From positions 32,001 to 96,000 of the IMG/VR virus record IMGVR_UViG_3300042691_041259: a stretch of DNA of 64,000 nucleotides; one strand, given 5' to 3'. This document shows, one piece after another, positions 18,199-27,936 of this stretch. Made by a program: the position numbers and the translations under genes. Origin of the DNA: a virus (Duplodnaviria > Caudoviricetes). The notes beneath the pieces were generated by a model. It saw nothing but the letters and a program-made list of their open reading frames with translations. It searched no databases and had not been told where the DNA came from. Each line of letters starts with the position of its first letter. Positions within the stretch are counted from its first letter, which is position 1.

Positions 18199-19145
18199 GA
18201 ATTAAAGATCATTTGACAGTTGAATACCGCGGAAAGCATGGTTACGCACGGATCAATTACATGAACTCTTTGCGCTTGGTGGTTTGCCACGGTAATGAGT
18301 ATTTGCGGAATTTTTGCAATCTTGGTAGGGTGGTTATCACGTATGTATTCCGGAAGTTCCGTACCTAGCGCAGAAAGAACCTCATCCACTTTGCTGCTGT
18401 AGTTGGTCATCAAAAACTTGTAATTTTCGTATGCATCAGCCGACTTGGTAACTAGTTCAAATACATCGCGAAACGAGTAGTTAAGTTTCTTTACGTCCTC
18501 TGCCTCAATCTGTGTTACGCCTTGTACCACAAAAGTTTGGATCTTATTAACGATGGAACGCATATCCGGAAAGTTGCGTTTTACAAATTCACCTAAGGCT
18601 TCCTTGCTGATAGTAATACCCGACTTTTGAAAGATTGCGTAAGCACGTTTTGCAAATTCCACCATTACTTCTTTTTCTTCCTCTTTGGAAATGGTATCAA
18701 AGTTAATGCAAGTGAAACGCGATTGTACTGGATCCGGAACTTTGTTGATGTAGTTACAGGTTCCAATGAAACGGGCAGTGCTTGCAAACTTTTCAATGGT
18801 AGCACGAAGGGCTTTATAGAATTGGTCAGAAGCGCCATCCATCTCATCAAGCAAAACTACTTTGAACTGCTCGGCTCCATCAAGAAGACTAATGGTAGAA
18901 CACCAATTAGTAATCTTTTCGCGAATTACGTCCACTGAACTTTCATCAGATACGTTAATGTATAAGGTCGGGTACTGCTTAGAAAGTACCTTTGCCAGGG
19001 TAGTTTTGCCTAATCCCGGAGGACCATAGAATAAGTAGTTCTGATGAAGGGTTCCATCGCCAATAGCCTTACGGATTCGCGAAGGTAAAATTGTTTGGTC
19101 CAAACTTTGCGGACGGTACTTCTCGGTAAAAAGTTCTTGAATCAT
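18195..19145 (-). CDS. gp44: Clamp loader large subunit (T4 gp44 / RFC-like)
   Basis: FTEKYRPQSL, Walker A GPPGLGKT, Walker B VLLDEMD, SRF, FPDMR. Confidence 0.95.
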   Translation of the reverse strand: MIQELFTEKYRPQSLDQTILPSRIRKAIGDGTLHQNYLFYGPPGLGKTTLAKVLSKQYPTLYINVSDESSVDVIREKITNWCSTISLLDGAEQFKVVLLDEMDGASDQFYKALRATIEKFASTARFIGTCNYINKVPDPVQSRFTCINFDTISKEEEKEVMVEFAKRAYAIFQKSGITISKEALGEFVKRNFPDMRSIVNKIQTFVVQGVTQIEAEDVKKLNYSFRDVFELVTKSADAYENYKFLMTNYSSKVDEVLSALGTELPEYIRDNHPTKIAKIPQILITVANHQAQRVHVIDPCVTMLSAVFNCQMIFNS

Positions 19146-19166
19146 TCGTGATTTGATTTATGATAT

Positions 19167-19192
19167 TTATATTCAATGAGTATACTTAGTTT
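19167..19192 (-). promoter_or_regulatory. Bipartite promoter AAACT-N13-GAATATAA upstream of clamp loader
   Basis: Exact motif and 13-nt spacer; repeated before clamp, topoisomerase and dUTPase genes. Confidence 0.6.
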
Positions 19193-19734
19193 TCTTCAAA
19201 AAACTCGGGGTGATCTTTCTTTTCTTGAGCGAGACCTTTTTTGTAGAATTCGTCTTCAATGCGGTCGGCCATGTCTTGGAGTCTCTTATCAGCATGAATG
19301 CTGATGCGCAAGTCGTACCAATTCCATTTGGTTTTCCAGTCTATGAAACGGTAGCCTTTGGTAAGTTCTCTGTGAAGATTGTGTAGCTTTCGATTACGAA
19401 CTCGCACAATTGATTTATCATTGCCAAAGACTTCTAGAAAGCGCAGGAACCACCTTGGGCACCAAGCCGGTTTTGCTTTTTTGTCCATTTCCAAAATCAG
19501 CGGGCGAATCACCTCAGAGCACTGCCCGTTGTCGGACGTGTATATGTTGCCAAGGTAACTGTACTTCTCGTTGAAGTTTTTTGGAAAAAAGATTTCGCGA
19601 AGGTCAGCCCACTGGATATCACGAGTGTGAATGATTCCTTTTTTGCGACCTTTCCAAAAAAGCAGGCTTTGTGCAAAATTGGTGGCCCTCTCTTTAAACG
19701 GCCGAGGCGTTGGTGTAAATTTAGATTTCTTCAT
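19186..19734 (-). CDS. Hypothetical protein
   Basis: 182-aa ORF in operon context. Confidence 0.65.
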   Translation of the reverse strand: MKKSKFTPTPRPFKERATNFAQSLLFWKGRKKGIIHTRDIQWADLREIFFPKNFNEKYSYLGNIYTSDNGQCSEVIRPLILEMDKKAKPAWCPRWFLRFLEVFGNDKSIVRVRNRKLHNLHRELTKGYRFIDWKTKWNWYDLRISIHADKRLQDMADRIEDEFYKKGLAQEKKDHPEFFEEN

Positions 19735-19966
19735 TGATAGGAGAGTTTACGTCTTGCCAAAGACGGTTTAAGAATTCTTTTGGAACCTCGGGTCCGATCT
19801 CACCGGAAGAGGTAAGCATCATTAGTCTTCTGACGAAGCGAATGCGAGCAGCAGCCAGTTCCGGGTTGTGATTGATTTCGATCAGCGCATCAGAAAGATG
19901 CGAATTGATTACCATGCTGATTTTGACTTCCATTTGTTTTAATTTGATAGTATAAAAATAATACAA
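19721..19966 (-). CDS. Hypothetical protein (likely start 19933, MEVKIS)
   Basis: Short ORF overlapping downstream gene; upstream AT-rich motif. Confidence 0.55.
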   Translation of the reverse strand: MYYFYTIKLKQMEVKISMVINSHLSDALIEINHNPELAAARIRFVRRLMMLTSSGEIGPEVPKEFLNRLWQDVNSPINEEI

Positions 19967-20012
19967 AAAGGTGGAAGAAAAAAATCTAGAGGCTGATAGT
20001 TATTAACAAAAA

Positions 20013-20705
20013 TTACACCACGCTACCAGTACCCATGTAGGTCCAGCTTGTGCCAGCAAGGTTACCTCTCCAAACTTTACTGGTTGTAGAAGCTGATTGC
20101 GCTACGGATGGGGAATCAAAAGGACCAGCACTATTTTGAAAATTGGTTTTTGCTCGAGTTTCAATCCATTGATACAGGTTGTCCCTGTAAAAGTTTAATA
20201 ACCATGTTGAAGGTAGAGTCTCACCAGACGGGCCGCTGTACGCATAGCCAGAAACTTGAATAATTTTTACAAAACTTTTGTTTCCGCTGCTACCGGTTTG
20301 GTAGTATATGTTATGCACATCTCCATCATCATTGGTCACCGGGCTGCCAATGGCAGAAGGCTTAAAAAATAGATCTCCTGGATTAGAGGTATAGTATTTT
20401 ACTACACCAGTTGCAGATCCTGGTGCTGATGGACCTGCTATAGAAAAATACACACCAGGGTTTGCTGGGTCTGTAAAATATATGAAACTGTTGGTTCCAA
20501 CATACAAATTTGTGGAAGATATATTTTCAATTGAAAAAGAAACTGGAAGCACTATAGCAGTAGTAGTAGAGTTGAATTCAGCGAAAGGAGTATCATAACT
20601 ACCGCTATATGTAGTGTATCCTGCATAAGAAGGCCAACCAAGCGTGGAAGCGCTAAAGTTCCACCCATCAGAGGAATTCATAAAAGATACTGGGTATACT
20701 ATCAT
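20013..20705 (-). CDS. Fibre-associated Ser/Thr/Gly/Tyr-rich beta protein (possible tip/adhesin)
   Basis: Starts 6 nt after the fibre stop; composition and position typical of fibre partner proteins. Confidence 0.5.
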   Translation of the reverse strand: MIVYPVSFMNSSDGWNFSASTLGWPSYAGYTTYSGSYDTPFAEFNSTTTAIVLPVSFSIENISSTNLYVGTNSFIYFTDPANPGVYFSIAGPSAPGSATGVVKYYTSNPGDLFFKPSAIGSPVTNDDGDVHNIYYQTGSSGNKSFVKIIQVSGYAYSGPSGETLPSTWLLNFYRDNLYQWIETRAKTNFQNSAGPFDSPSVAQSASTTSKVWRGNLAGTSWTYMGTGSVV

Positions 20706-20710
20706 ACAGC

Positions 20711-23700
20711 TTAATAATTTTGAACGTATGATCCATAGTAAGATGTTCCATCGTACACAAAGGTATAGATGTCAGTCTTATTGACAGTAGGTGTCATGGT
20801 AGGTGTTACGCCACCTGCCCAAATCACTGTTCCTGGCCATGTTACTGTGAAAGAAGAACTTGCGTTCTGCTTTATTATGAATATGTAGGTTCCGCCTGCA
20901 TTTGGATTTGTAAACGCAAATGTGGTTGAAGCGTTCAGCGTATATGATTGAACGTTTCCACTATCAAAGTCAACAGTGGTAGAGGCTGTAGTGTTTCCGT
21001 TGGCATCAATTACTACGTATGCTTGTCCTGTGACTGCCGCCTTTCCGGTAAGAGAAAGAACGTTTCCGTCAAATGTAAGGTTAGTTTCTGCATTAAGAAC
21101 TCCGGATGTTCCTGTTGCGGATAAGACTCTGTTATCCGCATCATTATTAACAGTTACCAAACCGCTGGTTCCAGAGCTTCCGCTTGAGCCAGATGTTCCA
21201 CTAGAGCCAGATGTTCCGTCAATTCCACTGGTCCCACTTGAGCCAGAGGTTCCGTCAATTCCACTGGTCCCACTTGAGCCAGATGTGCCTGATCCACTAG
21301 TGCCACTTGTTCCGCTTGAGCCAGAGGTTCCAGAGCTTCCGCTTGTGCCAGAGGTTCCTGAGCTTCCACTAGTTCCATTTATTCCAGAAGTTCCGCTTGA
21401 GCCAGAGGTTCCTGAACTACCGCTTGTTCCACGGGTTCCGCTTGAGCCGCTTGAGCCAGATGTTCCGCTTGAGCCAGATGTTCCGCGTGTTCCGCTAGTA
21501 CCGCTCGAGCCAGATGTTCCACTTGAACCATTTAATCCAGGAGTCCCTGGATCTCCTGGATTTCCAGAAACTCCGCTTGTCCCGCTTGAGCCAGAGGTTC
21601 CAGCCTGTCCCGTAGTTCCCGATGTTCCACTTGAGCCAGAGGTTCCGCTTGAGCCAGAGGTTCCGCTTGAGCCAGAGGTTCCTCGAGTACCGCTAGTTCC
21701 ACTTGATCCCGATGTTCCCGAAGATCCTGTTGTTCCACTAGTTCCTGAGCTTCCACGAGTTCCACTGGTTCCTGAACTTCCACTAGTTCCGGAAAAACCA
21801 GAAGTTCCCGAGCTACCGCTTGAGCCAGAAGTTCCGCTTGAGCCAGAGGTTCCTGAGCTTCCATTAGTACCGGATGTTCCCGAAGATCCTGTTGTTCCAC
21901 TAGTTCCCGAGCTACCGCTGGTCCCGCTTGAGCCACTGGTTCCTGAACTACCGCTTGTTCCGCTAGACCCGCTAGTACCATCTATGCCACTGGTTCCGCT
22001 AGTACCATCTATGCCACTGGTTCCACTAGAGCCGGATGTTCCAGAAGTTCCGCTTGAGCCAGAGGTTCCGCTTGAGCCAGAGGTTCCGCTTGAGCCAGAG
22101 GTTCCTGAACTTCCACTAGTTCCATTTATTCCAGAAGTTCCACTTGAACCAGATGTTCCTGAGCTTCCGCTCGAGCCCGATGTTCCGCTTGAGCCTCTAG
22201 TTCCAGAAGTTCCGCTTGAGCCAGATGTTCCGCTAGAACCAGATGTTCCAGAACTTCCACTAGTTCCATTTATTCCAGAAGTTCCACTTGAACCAGATGT
22301 TCCAGAACTTCCACTAGTTCCATTTATTCCAGAAGTTCCACTTGAACCAGATGTTCCGTCAATTCCGCTGGTTCCGCTGGAACCAGAGGTTCCATGTGTA
22401 CCAATACCGCTAGTGCCGCTTGATCCAGAGGTTCCGCTGCTTCCACTAGAACCTGAGGTTCCCGAGCTTCCGCTGGTTCCACGCGTTCCACTAGTTCCCG
22501 AACTTCCGCTAGTACCGCTACTTCCACTGGAACCGGAGGTTCCGCTTGAACCTCGGGTTCCCGAGGTGCCAGAACTACCACTAGTTCCGTGTGTACCAAT
22601 ACCACTAGTTCCGCTAGAGCCAGATGTTCCGCTAGAGCCAGATGTTCCGCGTGTTCCACTAGATCCAGAAGTACCACTAGTGCCACTTGATCCAGAGCTT
22701 CCGCTGGTTCCGCTTGATCCTCTTGTTCCTGATGTACCGCTGCTTCCGTTGGTTCCGCTTGAGCCAGAAGTACCGCTTGAGCCAGAAGTGCCGTGAGTTC
22801 CAATTCCGCTAGTTCCGCTTGAACCGCTCGAGCCAGAGGTTCCGCTCGTACTGCTACTTCCACTGGTACCGCTAGTTCCATCAATACCTGAAGTACCCGA
22901 TGTACCATCAATACCGCTAGTTCCGCTGGAACCTGAAGTTCCGTGAGTTCCAATTCCGCTTGTACCGCTGCTTCCGCTTGTTCCGCTTAAGCCAGATGTT
23001 CCTGAGCTTCCGCTTGTTCCGCTTGAGCCAGATGTTCCTGAGCTTCCACTAGTTCCACGTGTTCCACTAGTTCCTGAGCTTCCGCTAGTTCCCGAGCTTC
23101 CACGTGTACCGCTAGTTCCCGAACTTCCACTAGTTCCATGAGTACCGATACCACTAGTTCCACTAGATCCAGATGTTCCTCTAGTTCCGGAAGATCCACT
23201 AGTTCCTGAGCTTCCACTAGTTCCACGTGTTCCACTAGTTCCTGAGCTTCCGCTAGTTCCCGAGCTTCCACGTGTACCGCTAGTTCCCGAGCTCCCACTA
23301 GTTCCGCTTGAACCAGCTGTTCCGCTTGAGCCAGAAGTTCCGGAGCTTCCACTAGTACCGGATGAACCTGAAGTTCCGCTTGATCCAGACGTTCCTGAGC
23401 TTCCGCTGGTTCCATCAATACCGCTGGTTCCTGAAGACCCATCAATACCGGATGTTCCCGAGCTTCCGCTGGTTCCTTCGGTTCCGCTAGTTCCCGAGGA
23501 ACCGCTTGTTCCATCAGTTCCGCTTGTTCCATCAGTTCCCGAGGAACCGCTTGTTCCATCAGTTCCGCTTGTTCCATCAGTTCCACTAGTACCGTTAATT
23601 CCTGAGGTTCCGGAAGTTCCGTCAATTCCTGAGGTTCCACTGGTTCCGTCAATTCCTGATGTTCCGCTTGAACCGGAGGTTCCTTCAGTACCACTAGTTC

Positions 23701-25111
23701 CTGAAGATCCGCTTGTGCCATCTGTTCCTGAAGAACCACTAGTGCCATCTGTTCCTGAAGAACCACTAGTACCATCTATGCCGCTGGTTCCGGAAGTTCC
23801 ATCAATTCCTGAGGTTCCGCTGGTTCCATCAATTCCACTGGTTCCTGAAGACCCACTTGTTCCTTCAGTACCGCTAGTTCCGCTAGTTCCATCAGTTCCG
23901 CTGGTTCCGCTAGTTCCATCAGTTCCGCTGGTTCCATCAATACCTGAAGTTCCGCTAGTTCCGTCAATTCCTGAGGTTCCACTGGTTCCGTCAATCCCTG
24001 AGGTTCCGCTAGTTCCATCAATCCCTGAGGTTCCGCTAGTTCCATCAATACCGCTGGTTCCACTTGATCCGCTAGTTCCATCGGTTCCGGAGGTACCGTC
24101 AATACCGCTAGTTCCCGAAGTTCCATCTATTCCGCTGGTTCCCGAAGTTCCATCTATTCCGCTGGTTCCGGAGGTACCGTCAATACCGCTAGTTCCAGAG
24201 GTGCCATCAATACCGCTAGTTCCCGAAGTTCCATCTATTCCACTGGTTCCACTGGTGCCATCAGTTCCCGAACTACCGCTTGTTCCACTGGTGCCATCAG
24301 TTCCTGAACTGCCACTAGTACCATCGGTTCCAGAAGTTCCATCTATACCACTTGTTCCGCTAGTTCCGTCTATGCCACTAGTTCCAGAAGTCCCATCTAT
24401 CCCAGAGGTTCCCGAGCTTCCACTAGTGCCGCCGCCTGCCGCTCCAAATAAATTTACTTCCCAACTTGTATGACTGCCAATACCAGAAGATGATGTAACA
24501 TCCACGGAAAGGCTTCCTGTAAGCGGATTATATGTTGTTACAGATCCTTGCATATAAGATGAAGGAGTACCTGTAAGAGCAATTATGACAGACTGTGAAG
24601 TTGAATATGCTAATCCCGGATCAACTGTTAGAGAAATGATCCCGGTTCCTATAGTTAAAGGACTGGTTGAATTTGTTTTATATTTGTCTCCGCTTAAACC
24701 CGAGCTTCCGCTGGTTCCATCAATACCTGAAGTTCCACTAGAACCTGAAGTTCCACTGGTACCTTCAGTACCTGAAGTTCCACTAGAGCCACTGGTACCA
24801 GAAGATCCTGAACTACCCGAAGTTCCGGAGGTGCCATCAATTCCGCTTGTTCCGCTGGTTCCGTCTATACCTGAAGTTCCTGAAGAGCCTGAAGTTCCAT
24901 CAGTTCCCGATGTGCCTGAAGATCCTGAAGAGCCCGATGTCCCTGAGTTTCCTGAAGATCCTGAAGTTCCGCTGCTACCACTGCTTCCTGCGGTTCCAGA
25001 AGTACCTGCTTGTGCCAGCGCTTGAAGATAAAGAAGGTTATCATCCATCTCGCGGATGGTAAGCTTACTTCCTTTTGCGTTGGGACCGTATTCTCTTGTG
25101 ATTAATGGCAT
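20711..25111 (-). CDS. Long fibre protein with G-X-Y (collagen-like) repeat stalk
   Basis: N-term KGSKLTIREMDDNLLYL fibre-anchor-like motif; about 1190 aa of Gly-X-Y triplets; C-term beta domain (VDFDSGNVQSYTL...GGTYIFIIKQ...TWP..VIW.GG.TPT...D.YTFVYDG..YYG) common in phage fibres. Confidence 0.85.
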   Translation of the reverse strand: MPLITREYGPNAKGSKLTIREMDDNLLYLQALAQAGTSGTAGSSGSSGTSGSSGNSGTSGSSGSSGTSGTDGTSGSSGTSGIDGTSGTSGIDGTSGTSGSSGSSGTSGSSGTSGTEGTSGTSGSSGTSGIDGTSGSSGLSGDKYKTNSTSPLTIGTGIISLTVDPGLAYSTSQSVIIALTGTPSSYMQGSVTTYNPLTGSLSVDVTSSSGIGSHTSWEVNLFGAAGGGTSGSSGTSGIDGTSGTSGIDGTSGTSGIDGTSGTDGTSGSSGTDGTSGTSGSSGTDGTSGTSGIDGTSGTSGIDGTSGTSGIDGTSGTSGIDGTSGTSGIDGTSGTSGIDGTSGTDGTSGSSGTSGIDGTSGTSGIDGTSGTSGIDGTSGTSGIDGTSGTSGIDGTSGTDGTSGTSGTDGTSGTSGTEGTSGSSGTSGIDGTSGTSGIDGTSGTSGIDGTSGSSGTDGTSGSSGTDGTSGSSGTSGTEGTSGSSGTSGIDGTSGTSGIDGTSGTSGINGTSGTDGTSGTDGTSGSSGTDGTSGTDGTSGSSGTSGTEGTSGSSGTSGIDGSSGTSGIDGTSGSSGTSGSSGTSGSSGTSGSSGTSGSSGTAGSSGTSGSSGTSGTRGSSGTSGSSGTSGTRGTSGSSGTSGSSGTRGTSGSSGTSGIGTHGTSGSSGTSGTRGSSGTSGSSGTSGTRGTSGSSGTSGSSGTSGSSGTSGLSGTSGSSGTSGIGTHGTSGSSGTSGIDGTSGTSGIDGTSGTSGSSSTSGTSGSSGSSGTSGIGTHGTSGSSGTSGSSGTNGSSGTSGTRGSSGTSGSSGSSGTSGTSGSSGTRGTSGSSGTSGSSGTSGIGTHGTSGSSGTSGTRGSSGTSGSSGSSGTSGSSGTSGTRGTSGSSGTSGSSGSSGTSGSSGTSGIGTHGTSGSSGTSGIDGTSGSSGTSGINGTSGSSGTSGSSGTSGINGTSGSSGTSGSSGTSGSSGTSGTRGSSGTSGSSGSSGTSGSSGTSGINGTSGSSGTSGSSGTSGSSGTSGSSGTSGTSGSSGTSGIDGTSGTSGIDGTSGSSGTSGSSGTSGSSGTSGSSGTSGTTGSSGTSGTNGSSGTSGSSGTSGSSGSSGTSGFSGTSGSSGTSGTRGSSGTSGTTGSSGTSGSSGTSGTRGTSGSSGTSGSSGTSGSSGTSGTTGQAGTSGSSGTSGVSGNPGDPGTPGLNGSSGTSGSSGTSGTRGTSGSSGTSGSSGSSGTRGTSGSSGTSGSSGTSGINGTSGSSGTSGTSGSSGTSGSSGTSGTSGSGTSGSSGTSGIDGTSGSSGTSGIDGTSGSSGTSGSSGSSGTSGLVTVNNDADNRVLSATGTSGVLNAETNLTFDGNVLSLTGKAAVTGQAYVVIDANGNTTASTTVDFDSGNVQSYTLNASTTFAFTNPNAGGTYIFIIKQNASSSFTVTWPGTVIWAGGVTPTMTPTVNKTDIYTFVYDGTSYYGSYVQNY
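21161..25006 (-). repeat. Gly-X-Y triplet array (GTS/GSS/GID/GTD/GTE/GTR/GTH/GIN)
   Basis: Two blocks (about 25006-24690 and 24428-21161) separated by an ~85-aa non-repetitive domain; 9-nt periodicity with synonymous codon variation. Confidence 0.95.
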
Positions 25112-25120
25112 TTGTAGTCC

Positions 25121-25594
25121 TTATTTTCGAGCGTATATATCATTAAAGGTATCAGTTTTTTCTATCACGGACCACGTCATATCGGAAAGAAGTTTTACTG
25201 ATGCAATAAAAATAATATCTTGGCGGTTCCACGCCAAAGGCTCAATCATAGAAAGAAATGTTGTTCCGTTTTCTCTAGTATATAAGTAGTATGTGTGTCC
25301 ACATTCAGGTTTAAACCGCAGTTCTGCCTGGTAGATTATGATAGAAATAAGTGCTCTTTCTTCCAGCTCCATGTACTGCTTTTTAAGCAGTTCTACTTGT
25401 TGGAGTATTTGAGCCTTTTGTGCTTCCACTTGCTCACTCATAGCAGTCATAGACTTGCTAAGTATTGCACCCATTTCATTAGGTCTAAAAGAAGGAGCCC
25501 CTATGGTGTGGCCATAGGGGAGCAGTCCTGGAAATATCGGTAATTGATTTTCGTCTTTTTGAGTAGGATCCATTTCAAAAGAATTAGATTCCAC
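25121..25594 (-). CDS. DUF2452-like protein (Bacteroidota-type)
   Basis: IIYQAELRFKP..G..YYLY.R.NG..FLS.I.P..W...F..S..L.SD..W resembles DUF2452 as recalled; not searched. Confidence 0.7.
   Translation of the reverse strand: MESNSFEMDPTQKDENQLPIFPGLLPYGHTIGAPSFRPNEMGAILSKSMTAMSEQVEAQKAQILQQVELLKKQYMELEERALISIIIYQAELRFKPECGHTYYLYTRENGTTFLSMIEPLAWNRQDIIFIASVKLLSDMTWSVIEKTDTFNDIYARK
25134..25141 (-). promoter_or_regulatory. Putative late promoter GATATATA upstream of fibre gene
   Basis: Exact 8-mer 23 nt before ATG at 25111, embedded in the end of the upstream gene. Confidence 0.55.
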
Positions 25595-27188
25595 CCATGC
25601 CTGAAGCTTGTTGAGCCGCTTTCAAAATAGCGTCATTTTTGATTTGAGCTTCTTCTTTGTACGCTTCGTTACGATCCATTTCCAATTTGGTAAGTCCTAA
25701 GTATTTTTCAATCAAGAATCTTGGATCAAAGTATGGAACTTGCTGCATCATACCTGAAGGATCCGGCACATTCTCAGTAATTCCCATCATGGTTTGAATT
25801 ACGCTAGATCTCTTATCCATTACTTCCATTTCTTTCATTTCCTCAAACATATTGTCTGTACGGAATTTCAGAGCTAGGGCAGACTTAAATAATTCGTCCT
25901 CGGCCAGATCTGGATGATTAAGACCGATTTGTATGAATACCGGTTTGATAAGAATTTCTTGGAACATTGAACGTAAACGATTGATAAAGCGTGCAAACCT
26001 TATTTCGTCTCGAGCCATTCCGTCAGAACTAATGCTGAATGATCCGCCATCTTGAGTTCGGTCAAACCGCGAAAACGGAATTTTTGAGTCAACCTTCAAC
26101 TTATCTTCAAAGTATTTCAATGCGTCAGTATCACTTAGATCATAGCCGTCTCCACCGATAGTTTCAATCTCAGGCTGTTCGCCATTCTTGGATGGAAAGA
26201 GATAGTTTTTATAGAACTGCATTGCAGGCTTTCCGTTTACCGTCATCTCGCCAGAATCATAGTTAAGAGATACGTCTTCCTTATAGATGGCCATCATTTC
26301 TGCCAAGCTTTCTTTAGCCTTTTGAGGCGACTTGGTTCCGATAGGTACTACCATCTTTAATCGGAAACTTGAGTTCATAATGTTCCAAATAACACGGCTG
26401 TTCTCCATAATACGGAGAAGATTAAAGCTTCTTACCAATCTTTCTGTATACGATACGCGACCTGTGAAGTTACCTTTGGCATATGATATGTAAATGATCT
26501 GTGAATCGAGGAGGACTCGTTTCATAGCAGGAATGTCTTCGTACTGTACCCAGATCTTACGGTATACGTTGTCCCCAGATTTTTCCACGCCTGGACGAAG
26601 TGAAGTGGCATCAAGTTCTTTAAAACCAATAACGTTCTTTCCTTCAGGATCATAAATAATTTCAAATGCAAGGAATCCATCAATCAGCAATTGTCTGAAA
26701 TAACCCCAAGCATCGTGACCTTCATTAAAGTGAAAGTGAGCATAAATCTTTCTAAAGGCAGTTCCAATCTCATCCACAATTTCTTTGGAAGTATCAGGAT
26801 CCAGAATGCCTTTTAACAAAGAGGTGTCCACTTCCGCAAAATAGTTTGAATCATCAAATACAATTGCTTCATCAGCCACTGTATCAAGAATGAATTCAAT
26901 TTCAGGGTTCATTGAAAATTTTCTCAAATAGTCCCGACGAGACTTATAGTCTTTGTCAAAGAACGCAATGAATTTTTTCTGACCAACATCGGTCAGTGCT
27001 AGCGAGTAGAGAAACTCTTCAGGTAGATACCCTTGAAGTCCAAACTCAGCCTCGGTTACACCGACTGCTCTTGATTGCTTTACTACCATATCCTCGTACT
27101 TCATTCCGAGAGCTGATAGAGTTTTTAAGCTTTTTGATATTTGGCCAAATATAGGATTGACTCCTACTCTGTCAATAAAACCTGCCAT
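25584..27188 (-). CDS. gp20: Portal protein (T4 gp20-like)
   Basis: PEIEFILD.VADEAIV, F...G....RQ..IDG, N.LRIMENS.VIW.I, KA.E.L, G..P.IET.GG, D.L.YF..KL...KIP.SRF, RDE.RF..FI.RLR..F. Confidence 0.9.
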   Translation of the reverse strand: MAGFIDRVGVNPIFGQISKSLKTLSALGMKYEDMVVKQSRAVGVTEAEFGLQGYLPEEFLYSLALTDVGQKKFIAFFDKDYKSRRDYLRKFSMNPEIEFILDTVADEAIVFDDSNYFAEVDTSLLKGILDPDTSKEIVDEIGTAFRKIYAHFHFNEGHDAWGYFRQLLIDGFLAFEIIYDPEGKNVIGFKELDATSLRPGVEKSGDNVYRKIWVQYEDIPAMKRVLLDSQIIYISYAKGNFTGRVSYTERLVRSFNLLRIMENSRVIWNIMNSSFRLKMVVPIGTKSPQKAKESLAEMMAIYKEDVSLNYDSGEMTVNGKPAMQFYKNYLFPSKNGEQPEIETIGGDGYDLSDTDALKYFEDKLKVDSKIPFSRFDRTQDGGSFSISSDGMARDEIRFARFINRLRSMFQEILIKPVFIQIGLNHPDLAEDELFKSALALKFRTDNMFEEMKEMEVMDKRSSVIQTMMGITENVPDPSGMMQQVPYFDPRFLIEKYLGLTKLEMDRNEAYKEEAQIKNDAILKAAQQASGMGGI

Positions 27189-27207
27189 GCTTTTTTTGTT
27201 TTGTTAT

Positions 27208-27936
27208 TTATCCTCTTCTATTGTTATACTTTCTCTTGTCTTCTGGTCTTAACAGCGGAGGCTGCTTTCGTATTAGATTTCTCCGCTCTAATAAGTACTC
27301 TTTATGTATCTCGCCAAGAGACTTTCCTACAATATCTTTTGTCTGTATGAAAGGGATCCATTCCCAATCATCATATTCCACAATAACATTTTGGCTCATA
27401 TTTTGGCCAACTATGTAATTGCGCATCGCAAACTGATAACCAATTTGTCCTACTTTATTAAAGATCTTAAAGGTCTGTACTATGTCTTGCAATACTATTA
27501 AGGCTCTTTTAATAAAGGTAACCTGGTCAGTTTCGCTGGTTTTTTTATACGCCTGATCCAGATCGCCTTTTACCGAATTGTAATAGTATTCTAAAGTATT
27601 TACTCTGGCTATTTCCGGTAAAAAGTTTAAATTGATGCCTGTCACAATTCGATTTCCAGTGCTTTCAGCCATCCACTCTCCACAGCAAAGTATGATAGGA
27701 CGCTTATCATAGTAGTCCAAAATTTCTTTGTATACCGGATCATATCGAAAGGTGTAAATCTTTCCAGGTATGAATTGTCTTAAAGACTTTCCTTTAAGAC
27801 GTTCTGTTGAATCAAGGAATCCCTTGTCAACAAAAGGATCTTTAAAGTACTTGTTAAAAAAGTATGGATAAGCTTCCTTTTTCATTTGAGGACGCTCTTT
27901 CATATTTTTTTGATACGCCTTTGCTGGACTAATCAT
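27208..27936 (-). CDS. gp2: DNA end-protector protein (T4 gp2-like)
   Basis: GKIYTFRYDP..K..L.YYD..P.I ... G.NL..LP...R motif. Confidence 0.75.
   Translation of the reverse strand: MISPAKAYQKNMKERPQMKKEAYPYFFNKYFKDPFVDKGFLDSTERLKGKSLRQFIPGKIYTFRYDPVYKEILDYYDKRPIILCCGEWMAESTGNRIVTGINLNFLPEIARVNTLEYYYNSVKGDLDQAYKKTSETDQVTFIKRALIVLQDIVQTFKIFNKVGQIGYQFAMRNYIVGQNMSQNVIVEYDDWEWIPFIQTKDIVGKSLGEIHKEYLLERRNLIRKQPPLLRPEDKRKYNNRRG

Noticed and set aside
21161-25006. Repeat array as CRISPR, DGR or ice-nucleation gene
   Set aside because: No constant repeat with unique spacers, no reverse transcriptase or template/variable pair, and no 16-residue AGYGSTxTA InaZ period.
20976-25025. Long + strand ORFs of VPL/EPE repeats (606, 252, 146 aa) and alternative minus-frame ELAEL ORFs
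   Set aside because: Antisense and off-frame shadows of the G-S/T triplet array; GGN/AGY/ACN codons rarely create stops in other frames; no starts, promoters or unique domains.
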